NCBI GenBank assembly: GCA_963839705.1 | Contig: CAWIWL010000021.1 | Span: 127,380-191,379 of the forward strand | DNA: 64,000 bases | Direction: 5' to 3' | Origin: an uncultured Acidobacteriota bacterium | Lineage (GTDB): Bacteria > Acidobacteriota > Vicinamibacteria > Vicinamibacterales > 2-12-FULL-66-21 | In this document: positions 1-8,623 of the stretch, piece by piece | Position numbering within the stretch: position 1 is the stretch's first letter | How the letters are laid out: each line of letters starts with the position of its first letter | The notes under the pieces: model-generated | The model's database searches: none | Told to the model about the DNA's origin: nothing | Seen by the model: only the letters and a program-made list of their open reading frames with translations | Program-made: the position numbers and the translations under genes

Positions 1-193
1 GGCCCCGCTCCACGGCGTCGGCCCACTGTGGCACGGGAACCGAATACGTCACGGATGGCACGTCCCGCGGGTTCGGGTGCAGGGGCGTCGCCGTGATGCT
101 CGCGTACGCCCAAAGCCCCAGAATCGCTGCGATCAGAAGGCCGACGGCCCCGACGATCAGCGCGAGCCAGGTCTCCGTCCGACTCTTCGGCAT
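1..193 (-). CDS. Partial CDS (first 64 codons, continues beyond the left edge): membrane-anchored protein, function unknown
   Basis: ATG at 193 (minus) lies 3 nt after GGAGAG. MPKSRTETWLALIVGAVGLLIAAILGLWAYASITATPLHPNP... contains one hydrophobic helix. The frame is open to position 1, so it is absent from the ORF track. Confidence 0.4.
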   Translation of the reverse strand, partial: MPKSRTETWLALIVGAVGLLIAAILGLWAYASITATPLHPNPRDVPSVTYSVPVPQWADAVERG

Positions 194-341
194 ATTCTCT
201 CCACGCCCGCGTCATGCGGCCTCCCAGCCCCATCACTATCATCCTCAATTGGAAGGCGCCAACGCGCTGACAGGCTGACGTGGCGGCAGAATCATCCCTT
301 AGACCAACCATCGGCCGAGATTGGTCAGCACGATCGCGATG

Positions 342-1043
342 TCATTTCAACGCCTGGATCCCTTCCCACAGGATCTCGACGCCGATGCAAATGACGAAGA
401 ACGCGAGCATCTTCGAGATCGCCTTCACGGCCGCCGGTGGAATCTTCTTGTTGATGTACTGAAGGTTGGCGAAGCAGAGATAGACCGCCGCACACATCGC
501 GAACATGCCAGCGACGCCTCCCACGCGCTCGGCCAGGCCGATGCTGGTGCCCCGCTGAACGTGCGCGCCGAAGGTCATGGCGACCGCCAGCCCCCCGGGT
601 CCGACGGTGATAGGAAACGTGTAGGGGTAGAAGGTCTTGCCGACAATCGACGCCCCGCTGTCGTGCACGCCGTTTGTGGAGCCACTGTCCCCGGACGTGC
701 CGTTCAACATCTGCCATCCCATCACGGCCAGCACCAGGCCGCCCGATACCTGAACGACCGGAATCGTGATCCCGAACAACTGCAGGATCAGGGAACCGAA
801 CAGGTAGAAGCAGATCAGCACGAGAAACGAGTACGCGGCAATCCTCCGCGACATCGCTCGCCAGACCGTGGGGTCCGTTCCGCTCGTCATCCCTGAGAGA
901 ATCAACGCCGTTCCGATCGGATTGACGACCGGGAAGAGCGCCAGAAAAATCGTCGCGGTGACCTTCAGAGCGATCGACAAGAAGGCAAGCATGCCCGGAT
1001 TATCCGGGGGGAGCAGGTAAAACGCCAGCCCCGCCACCGTCAT
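342..1043 (-). CDS. MarC/UPF0056 family integral membrane protein
   Basis: 233-aa multi-pass hydrophobic ORF. N-terminal FLALFPVVNPIG motif and overall size are typical of the MarC family. Confidence 0.85.
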   Translation of the reverse strand: MTVAGLAFYLLPPDNPGMLAFLSIALKVTATIFLALFPVVNPIGTALILSGMTSGTDPTVWRAMSRRIAAYSFLVLICFYLFGSLILQLFGITIPVVQVSGGLVLAVMGWQMLNGTSGDSGSTNGVHDSGASIVGKTFYPYTFPITVGPGGLAVAMTFGAHVQRGTSIGLAERVGGVAGMFAMCAAVYLCFANLQYINKKIPPAAVKAISKMLAFFVICIGVEILWEGIQALK

Positions 1044-1210
1044 GTGGAATGTCGGCGACTATGTCCACGGCCTGATGGCCGCACACAACATCGATCGCAT
1101 TCGCGATACGTTGAGCCTGAAGCCGGCGTTCGAGAAGGTGCAAGACTTGATGGCACGGCCGAGGTAACATTTATCGTTTCTGAGCCTCGGTCCACCACGG
1201 GAGTGATCAA

Positions 1211-2626
1211 GTGACCGCCACGGATCTCGTCGATCGGCTCGCCGCGCACAAGACCGTCGGTAGCGCGCCCCGCGAAGAGCTCGCCTGGCTGGTCGCACGC
1301 GGATCGCTGCGCCAGCTCAACGAAGGCGAGGTGCTGACCGCGAAAGGCACGGCGGTGACGGGCCTGTTCGTAGTGCTGACCGGCCGCATTGCCATCTACA
1401 TCGATCGCGGTGCCGGCCGTCACAAGGTGCTGGAGTGGAGGGGAGGTGACGTCGCGGGGATGCTGCCCTATTCCCGGCTGGTCACGCCGCCCGGCGACTC
1501 CGTCGCGCAGGAGCCCTCCGAGATTTTGTCTATTCCTCGCGACGACCTGCCGGCGATGATTCGCGAGTGTCACGCGATCACGTCGATCCTCGTCCATACG
1601 ATGCTCGATCGGAACCGGGTGTTCACGTCGAGCGGCTTGCAGGACGAGAAGATGGCCTCACTCGGCAAGCTGTCTGCCGGACTGGCCCACGAGCTGAACA
1701 ACCCGGTCGCGGCCATCGAACGCGGCGCCTCGCTCCTGGCGGATCGTCTGAACGACTCCGAGCGCGCGGCACGCGCTCTCGGCGCAGCGAGGTTGACTGA
1801 CGCCGAGCTGGCTGCCGTTGACGCGGTCAGGGCCACCTGCCTCGCCGCGCGCAGCCACAACGTCCTGACGCCGATTCAGCAGGCGGAGCGCGAGGACGGC
1901 ATCGCCGACTGGCTCGCCGCGCACGGCGTCGACGCCGGCGTCGCCGGGCCGCTCGCCGAAACCGCGGTGACTGTCGAGGCGCTCGATCGCATCGCGGCCA
2001 CGATCAACGAACCGTCGCTTGCGACCGTCCTGCGCGCGGTCGCCGCCGGATCGTCGGTTCGTGGCATCGCGTCGGAGATTCAGGAGGCCGCGCGGCGGAT
2101 CTCGGGCCTGGTCGCGGCCATCAAGGGGTTCACCCACATGGACCAGGCGACGGTCGCCGAGCCCGTCGACCTTACTGCGGGTCTCGGTAGCACGGTCGCC
2201 GTGCTCAATGCCAAGGCGCGGGGCAAGTCGATTGCCGTGACCGTCGTCGTGGAGCCCGGCCTTCCTCGTGTTCTCGGCTTCGCCGGCGAGCTCAATCAGA
2301 TCTGGGCGAACCTGATTGACAACGCGCTCGACGCTGCCCCCGATGCCGGCCGCGTCGACGTGACTGCGGCCCGCGAACGGAATCGCGTCGTGGTCCGCGT
2401 CGTCGACAATGGGCCCGGCATTCCCGCCGGCGTCCGCGAGCGGGTCTTCGATCCCTTCTTCACGACGAAGCCGGTCGGAAAAGGCACCGGCCTCGGCCTC
2501 GACATCGTCCGACGCCTGGTCATCCACAACGACGCCGAGATCGACGTCGATACGGTTCCCGGGCGAACCGAATTTCGCGTCTCCTTTCCAGTGGCGGACA
2601 TCGATGCCGCCAAAGAACCCTCATGA
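1211..2626 (+). CDS. Soluble sensor histidine kinase with N-terminal cyclic-nucleotide-binding (Crp-like) domain
   Basis: 471-aa ORF with GTG start. cNMP-binding-like region (GEVLTAKG...FVVLTGRIAIY...GGDVAGMLPYS), H-box LSAGLAHELNNPVAAI, and HATPase_c boxes VVDNGPGIP and GTGLGL. No TM segment. Confidence 0.9.
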   Translation: MTATDLVDRLAAHKTVGSAPREELAWLVARGSLRQLNEGEVLTAKGTAVTGLFVVLTGRIAIYIDRGAGRHKVLEWRGGDVAGMLPYSRLVTPPGDSVAQEPSEILSIPRDDLPAMIRECHAITSILVHTMLDRNRVFTSSGLQDEKMASLGKLSAGLAHELNNPVAAIERGASLLADRLNDSERAARALGAARLTDAELAAVDAVRATCLAARSHNVLTPIQQAEREDGIADWLAAHGVDAGVAGPLAETAVTVEALDRIAATINEPSLATVLRAVAAGSSVRGIASEIQEAARRISGLVAAIKGFTHMDQATVAEPVDLTAGLGSTVAVLNAKARGKSIAVTVVVEPGLPRVLGFAGELNQIWANLIDNALDAAPDAGRVDVTAARERNRVVVRVVDNGPGIPAGVRERVFDPFFTTKPVGKGTGLGLDIVRRLVIHNDAEIDVDTVPGRTEFRVSFPVADIDAAKEPS

Positions 2627-4281
2627 ACAAACCGGCAATGCTGGTTGTCGACGACGATGCGCAGGTGCTCGCGGCGGTGCGCCGAGATCTTCGAGGCCGG
2701 TATCGCGAGTCCTATACCATCATCAGCGCGACCTCGGGTGAAGAGGCGCTGTCGACCATCCGCGAGCTCAAGGCACGGGGCGACGCGCTGGCCATCGTGA
2801 TCAGCGATCAGCGGATGCCGGGGATCCAGGGGACCGACGTGCTCGCGCAGTCCCGGGACGTCTTTCCGCAAGCGCGGCGCGTGCTGCTGACCGCCTATTC
2901 GGACATCGACGCGGCAGTCAAAGCCATCAACGTCGCGCATCTCGATTACTATCTGTCGAAGCCCTGGGATCCGCCCGAGGAATGCCTGTTCCCGGTGATT
3001 AACGATCTGCTCGACGACTGGCAGGCCCAATATCTTCCCGAGGCAAAGGGGCTGCGGCTCATCGGGCACCAGTGGTCGCCGCGATCGCACGAAATCAAGG
3101 GGTTTCTCGCGGGCAACCTGATCCCGTATCGCTGGCTCGACGTGGAGCGTGACGCGAGCGCGCAAATCCTGCTCGACGCGTCCGGCATCGGCGGCGCCGA
3201 TCTGCCGGCGCTCTTCTTCGAGGATGGCTCGGCGCTGCGCAACCCCGGACTTCGTCAGGTGGCCGAGCGGCTCGGGCGATCGTTGTCGGCTGCTCTCAAG
3301 CTGTACGACCTGGTGATTGTTGGTGCCGGACCGTCCGGACTTGCGGCGGCAGTCTATGGCGCCTCAGAGGGTTTGCGAACGCTCCTGCTCGATCGGCATG
3401 CGCCAGGTGGGCAGGCGGGCAGCAGCTCGAGAATCGAGAACTATCTCGGGTTTCCCGCCGGTGTCAGCGGCAGTGAGCTGACCCGCCGGGCAGTGACACA
3501 GGCGCAGCGGCTTGGTGCGGAGCTCGTCGTGCCGCTCGAGGTCACCGGGCTGTCGATCGATGCGGGATACAAGCGCCTGACGCTCAGCGATGGGCGGGAA
3601 ATCGTCACCAGAACACTGCTGGCCGCGACCGGCATGGAGTACCGCGAGCATCCGGCGTCTGGCGTGTTGGCGCTCACGGGCGCGGGCGTGTACTACGGCG
3701 CGGCCACGACGGAGGCGCCCGCGTTCACCGACCGCCGCGTGCTCGTGATCGGTGGCGGGAACTCGGCGGGGCAGGCGGCCATGCACCTGGCGCGCTACGC
3801 CAAGGAGGTCCAGGTCCTCATCCGCCGCGATTCGCTGCGCGACAGCATGTCGCAGTACCTCATCGAGCAGATCGAGAAGACGCCAAACATACGACTCAGG
3901 ACGCGAGCGGAGCTCGAGCGCGTCGACGGCACCGGCCGCGTCGAGCGGATCACGCTCAACATGGGAGATGCAGGGAGCCAGGTCGAAGACATCGATGCCG
4001 TGTTCGTGTTCATCGGCACCAGGCCGCGGAGCGACTGGCTGCCGGCTGACGTCTTGCGCGATGCCAAGGGCTTTGTCGTCACTGGCCGCGATCTGACGGC
4101 GGACGCCCGTTGCGCACGGATCTGGAAGGAGCGCCGCGAGCCCATGCCGCTCGAGACCAGCGTGCCTGGGGTGTTCGCGGCCGGCGATATCCGTGCCGGC
4201 GCCATGAACCGCGTGGCGTCTGCGGTCGGCGAGGGATCGATGGTGGTTCGTTTTGCGCACGAGTATCTGGCGCTGACCTGA
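2623..4281 (+). CDS. Response-regulator receiver fused to a thioredoxin-reductase-fold FAD/NAD(P)H flavoprotein (no CxxC active site)
   Basis: Start ATG overlaps the kinase stop (ATGA 2623-2626). Receiver motifs VVDDD, ISDQRMPG, SKPW. Flavoprotein motifs VIVGAGPSGLAAA, VIGGGNSAGQAA, FAAGDIR. It reads GVYYGAATTEAP where TrxB has the redox-active CATC. Confidence 0.9.
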   Translation: MNKPAMLVVDDDAQVLAAVRRDLRGRYRESYTIISATSGEEALSTIRELKARGDALAIVISDQRMPGIQGTDVLAQSRDVFPQARRVLLTAYSDIDAAVKAINVAHLDYYLSKPWDPPEECLFPVINDLLDDWQAQYLPEAKGLRLIGHQWSPRSHEIKGFLAGNLIPYRWLDVERDASAQILLDASGIGGADLPALFFEDGSALRNPGLRQVAERLGRSLSAALKLYDLVIVGAGPSGLAAAVYGASEGLRTLLLDRHAPGGQAGSSSRIENYLGFPAGVSGSELTRRAVTQAQRLGAELVVPLEVTGLSIDAGYKRLTLSDGREIVTRTLLAATGMEYREHPASGVLALTGAGVYYGAATTEAPAFTDRRVLVIGGGNSAGQAAMHLARYAKEVQVLIRRDSLRDSMSQYLIEQIEKTPNIRLRTRAELERVDGTGRVERITLNMGDAGSQVEDIDAVFVFIGTRPRSDWLPADVLRDAKGFVVTGRDLTADARCARIWKERREPMPLETSVPGVFAAGDIRAGAMNRVASAVGEGSMVVRFAHEYLALT

Positions 4282-4342
4282 TGGTGCGTGCGGATGCCGA
4301 CGCCGCCGGCAACCACTGGGTCACGCTGCTGTTCCAGCAGGT

Positions 4343-7307
4343 TCACTCTCGATCAGGCACGAGCCGCTTCAACTCCTCGAACCAGTTCTTCACGACCACC
4401 ACGGTAGGTGGCTCCGCGGGTTCGCCGGGGTACTTGAGCATCAGGAACCGCCGCCCATCGGGAAACACGTCGTAGCTCCCACCTCGCGAAAGGATGCCCA
4501 GACCCGAGTAATACGGCCCTTTGACGAGCGGCGCTGGTAGACCTGCCGTGAACACTGCGTCTAGCAGGTACTGGCACGGCCATCAGCGTGCCGTCGGTCG
4601 CCGTGTAGAACAGTTCCCGTCCGTCCGCCGCCCACCTCGGTTGCGAGCCGCCTGCTGGCGTGACCTGCGTGCGTGCCTGGTCAGGATTCGAGATCGGACT
4701 GACGAAGATCTGAGGCACGCCCGATGCGCCTCCAACGTAGGCGAGCCACCGGCCGTCGGGCGAAACAGCGGCCTCGGCTCCGGCGCCTCCGCCCTGGCCA
4801 CGCACCAGCGGGTGAACCTTTCGATCCTTGTCGAGCGACAGCGTCATCAGGTCGCCGCCCATCGAGTACACGACTCGTGAGCCGTCCGGCAGCACCGCGG
4901 TCGCCCGTTGGATGAACTCGCTCTCGGACAGGCGCTCAGCCGTCCCGGATCCATCGGCGGCTTGCGAGAAGAGCGAGCCCAGTACGCCGCCCGACTGCGA
5001 TGTGAACACGAGCCGCCGCCCATCGGGCGTCCAGACCGGCGTCTCATCCAAACCGGGATCGGTCGTCACCTTCGTCAGCGTCTCACGCGTCAGGTCCCAC
5101 ACCCAGATGTCCTGATCCTGATCCTCGATTTCCACGGCCACGCGGGTGGCATCAGGCGAGAGCCGCACGTTGGCGTAAGGGCGCGGCGGCGCAGCGATCG
5201 GCGTTTCGCGGCCTTGGCGGTCGACCGACACGAGCGTTCGTGGGCTGTCGCTCGCACCTCCTCGGGCGACATAGACCAGCGTGCCATCGCGCGCGATGTC
5301 GAACTCGGCGACGCCCGTCGGCAGCGTCACGACCTTGGGCACGACCATGGTGGCTGGGCCCGCGACTTCCATGCGTGCGATGTCGAACGGCACCGCCCAC
5401 AAGGCGTTCCCGGCGAGATAGACCAGATGGCCGGTCTGCAAATAGTGAGCTTGGCTCGCGCCCCGCAGGATCGTTCTCCATTTGCCGGACTTCAGGTCGA
5501 GCACCGCGATCTGCGCGGCAGAAGGGCCGCCACTGAGCGCGGTAATCGTGAAGAGCACCGACGAGGTGCCGGGCAGAAAGTGCGGCCAGAGATGATCGCT
5601 CTCGCCGTGCTCGCGGTTGGGACGCGTGAGTATCGTCAGCTCTCCACCGGCGTCAGAAATCGCCAGCAGGCCAGTGGCGGGGGAGCCGGAGGCCGCGACG
5701 ATCATGCCGTTGTCTCCCCACGTCGCGCCACGGCTCGGCCCGTCCAGCCTGGCAAGATCGAGCGCGGGGCCTCCGCCAACGGCCACCTTCTTCAACGCGG
5801 CGCCCGGCACCGCGCGCGGTTCGAAGAAGCCGACCCAACGCCCATCTGGAGACACGAATGGTCCCTTCGGCATGCCCGGGCTCGTGAGCGGCCTTGGTTC
5901 GAGTTGGTCGAGGCCGTAGACGAACAGCTGCGTCTGATCGAGGCGCGCGCCGCCCTTGTAAACGACATGCGCGCCATCGGGCGTGATGGTGAGATCGCGG
6001 GACTGCGGATCAATGAGCAGTGTGGAACCGGGCGTCATCGCGAGCGCGAATCTGGTAACCGGCCCGCCGTCCGGACGCGGGCGTGGCCAGAGGATGGCTG
6101 CCACCAACGCTCCGGCGATCACTGCCGCCGCGGTAGGTACCGCCAGACGGCGCCACAGTGGCGCCCGCGCGCTCATCGGTGAATGTTCGTCGGCCGGTTG
6201 TGCGGGAGGTCTGCGGGTCAGCCTTTCCAGGACGATGCGCGCTTCGCCGATATCGCGAAGCCGCTGCCTGACGTCGCGGTCGAGACAACGTGACAACAGC
6301 TGTCGAAGCGCGGCCGGCGTCGACGGAGGAAGCCTCGACCACTCGACCTCCGCTCGCAGCACGGCAGCTAACGTCTCGGCTGTGTCGTCGCCCTGGAACG
6401 CCCGACGCCCAGACAGCATCTCGTAGAGCACCGCGCCAAACGCCCAGACATCACTGCGCTTGTCGGCCTCGCGGCCCTTGGCCTGCTCGGGACTCACGTA
6501 TGCGGCGGTGCCAAGGAGCGCGCCAGACTGGACGACGGATGGACTCGTGAGGCTCGCAGGCGTCCCTCGCGGGTCCGCGTGCGCCTGGCTCTGAGGCTGG
6601 GCGATCTTTGCGAGGCCGAAGTCCAGGATCTTGGTGGTGCCATCAGGCCGCAGCGCGATATTGGCCGGCTTCAAATCCCGGTGAACGAAGCCCAGCTCAT
6701 GGGCTGCCTCGAGCCCGATGGCGATCTGCCGCGCGATCGAGATCGCGTCTTCGATCGGGATCGGCCCCGCCGTGACGCGTTCCGCCAGCGTGTCTCCCTC
6801 GACGAGCTCGAGCACGAGCGCGCGGCGGCCCGCCTCCTCTTCGACGCCGTGGATGGCGGCGATGTTGGGATGATTGAGGGCCGCGAGGACCTGCGCTTCG
6901 CGCTGGAAGCGGGCCAGCCGATCCTCGATCCCAAGGCTGCCGTCGTCGGTCCACGGGAGCAGCTTGAGCGCGACGTCGCGTCCGAGGGCGGTGTCGTGAG
7001 CGCGATACACGTCGCCCATGCCGCCGCGTCCAAGGAGACCGGTGATACGGAAGTGACCGGCGAAGATGTCCCCGGGCTGCCAGGGATTGTCGGTGAGGAC
7101 GGGACCTTCATCCAGGAGAGGATGTGGCGTCGCGTCGGCATGCAGCATCTGTTGGACCTCGGCGAGAAGCTGGCGGTCGTCGCCGCAGGCCTGCTGAACG
7201 AACTGCACGCGGTCGGCTGGCGGCCGCTCGAGCGCCGACTCGAAAATGGCCCTGGCGCCGGGAAACCGGCTCGGGTCGTCGGCGTCAGTGGGCTCGTGTT
7301 CGCTCAT
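4343..7307 (-). CDS. Transmembrane Ser/Thr protein kinase with extracytoplasmic TolB-like PD40 beta-propeller (one frame change near the 3' end)
   Basis: Kinase motifs GRGGMGDVYRA, VALK, HRDLKPANI, DFGLAK. TM helix LAVPTAAAVIAGALVAAILW. Many SPDG/TPDG PD40-type repeats. The family-typical C-terminus (FTAGLPAPL...NWFEELKRLVP) is in a second frame (ORF 4343..4555), with the frame switch between 4556 and 4582. Confidence 0.85.
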
Positions 7308-7373
7308 CGCACCCCGATCACTTCGTATAGCGGAAGCCGCGGCGTGTCAGTATCATGCCGCAAAGGCTGACGC

Positions 7374-7952
7374 GTGGCGGCGATTCCTGACGCGGCGGAG
7401 ATTACGGGCTGGCTGACCCGGTGGCGTACCGGGGACGAGGACGCACGCGACCAGCTGTTCGCCGTGGTTCACCCGCACCTGCGCCAGTTGGCCACCCGCC
7501 TCATGCGCCGCGAGCGTGCCGACCACTCCCTCGAACCGAACGCCATCGTCAACGAGCTCTACCTGCGACTGATTGGCAGCCAGCCGATTACCTATCAGGA
7601 TCGCGCGCATTTCTTTGCCATCTCCGCGCAGACGATGCGGCGCATCCTGATCGACTACGCGCGCGCCAAGGTCGCGGACAAGCGCGGCGGCGCGCAGCGA
7701 CGGGTGCCGCTCTCGGACGTCGCCGGCGTGGTAGTGGCCACAGCGGGCGAACAGCTGCTCGATCTGGACACGCTGTTGTCGGCCCTGGCGACGGCCGACC
7801 CGCGCGCCGCGCGCGTCGTCGAGTTGCGTTTCTTTGGCGGACTGCGCGAAGAGGACGTGGCCGAGGTGCTCCAGGTTTCTGTCATCACGGTGAAGCGCGA
7901 TTGGAAGGCCGCCCGCGCCTGGCTGGCGGCGCGCCTCACAGACCCTGGGTGA
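7374..7952 (+). CDS. ECF-type RNA polymerase sigma-70 factor (kinase-associated subfamily)
   Basis: 192-aa ORF with GTG start, 66 nt from the divergent kinase start. N-terminal ITGWLTRWRTGDEDARDQLF plus region 2 (ELYLRLIG) and region 4 (VAEVLQVSVITVKRDW) resemble the TIGR02999-like ECF subfamily (name from memory). Confidence 0.9.
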   Translation: MAAIPDAAEITGWLTRWRTGDEDARDQLFAVVHPHLRQLATRLMRRERADHSLEPNAIVNELYLRLIGSQPITYQDRAHFFAISAQTMRRILIDYARAKVADKRGGAQRRVPLSDVAGVVVATAGEQLLDLDTLLSALATADPRAARVVELRFFGGLREEDVAEVLQVSVITVKRDWKAARAWLAARLTDPG

Positions 7953-8042
7953 TACAGACTGCTCCTCTCTGCCGCTATACAGGGCAGAGCGATGCCGCAG
8001 TGCGATGGAGATGGCGCGCGTTTCTGCCCCACGGGAGGACCT

Positions 8043-8567
8043 GTGTCGAAGTCGATGATCGCCCTGTTCTTGTTGACCGTCGCCGTGGCGCCCGCCCCGC
8101 AACGGCCTCCGTCGATTCAGGGTGTGTGGCGCAACGTCGAGCGAGTCATTCCGGATTCGACCAAGCCCGGAGACCGAATCGATCCGTTCGGCCACGTACC
8201 AGTCGGGACGCAAACTGATCTGCAGCCCGGCCTTCTCATCATCACCAAGGGGTACTACAGCCGGACCACCGACACGGCTGTGCGGCCCAGGCCGAATGAC
8301 AGCTATGCCAAGCCGGGCCAGCCAACCGTTGAAGAACTGCAGGCGCGCTGGGGCCCGTTCGCCGCGAACGCGGGGACCTACGAGTTGTCGGGCGACGTGC
8401 TGACCCTCCGGGTACTCGTCTCGAAGGAACCTCGCGACCAGGCTGAGGGCGGTTTCGCCCGACTGCGCGTCGTGCAGGAGGGTGAGAGGCTCTCTCTGAC
8501 CCCCATCGAGAACTCGCAAGGCCGTATCGCCGCCGGCGTGACTTCCAGGTACGTGCGCGTCGAATAA
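8043..8567 (+). CDS. Small secreted protein, function unknown
   Basis: ORF 7992..8567. Likely start is GTG 8043 (GGAGGA 3 nt upstream) or ATG 8055. Signal-peptide-like MIALFLLTVAVAPAPQ. No family recognised. Confidence 0.6.
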   Translation: MSKSMIALFLLTVAVAPAPQRPPSIQGVWRNVERVIPDSTKPGDRIDPFGHVPVGTQTDLQPGLLIITKGYYSRTTDTAVRPRPNDSYAKPGQPTVEELQARWGPFAANAGTYELSGDVLTLRVLVSKEPRDQAEGGFARLRVVQEGERLSLTPIENSQGRIAAGVTSRYVRVE

Positions 8568-8623
8568 GCGGCGTGATACGCGAGGCGGGTCATTCCCGCT
8601 AACAGACGGCAAGGAGCCTCGCC

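Noticed and set aside
7967-7989. 7-bp hairpin CTCTGCC...GGCAGAG just after the sigma-factor stop, considered as a terminator.
   Set aside because: The stem is short, there is no U-tract, and the next gene follows in the same orientation within about 90 nt. This is not enough evidence.
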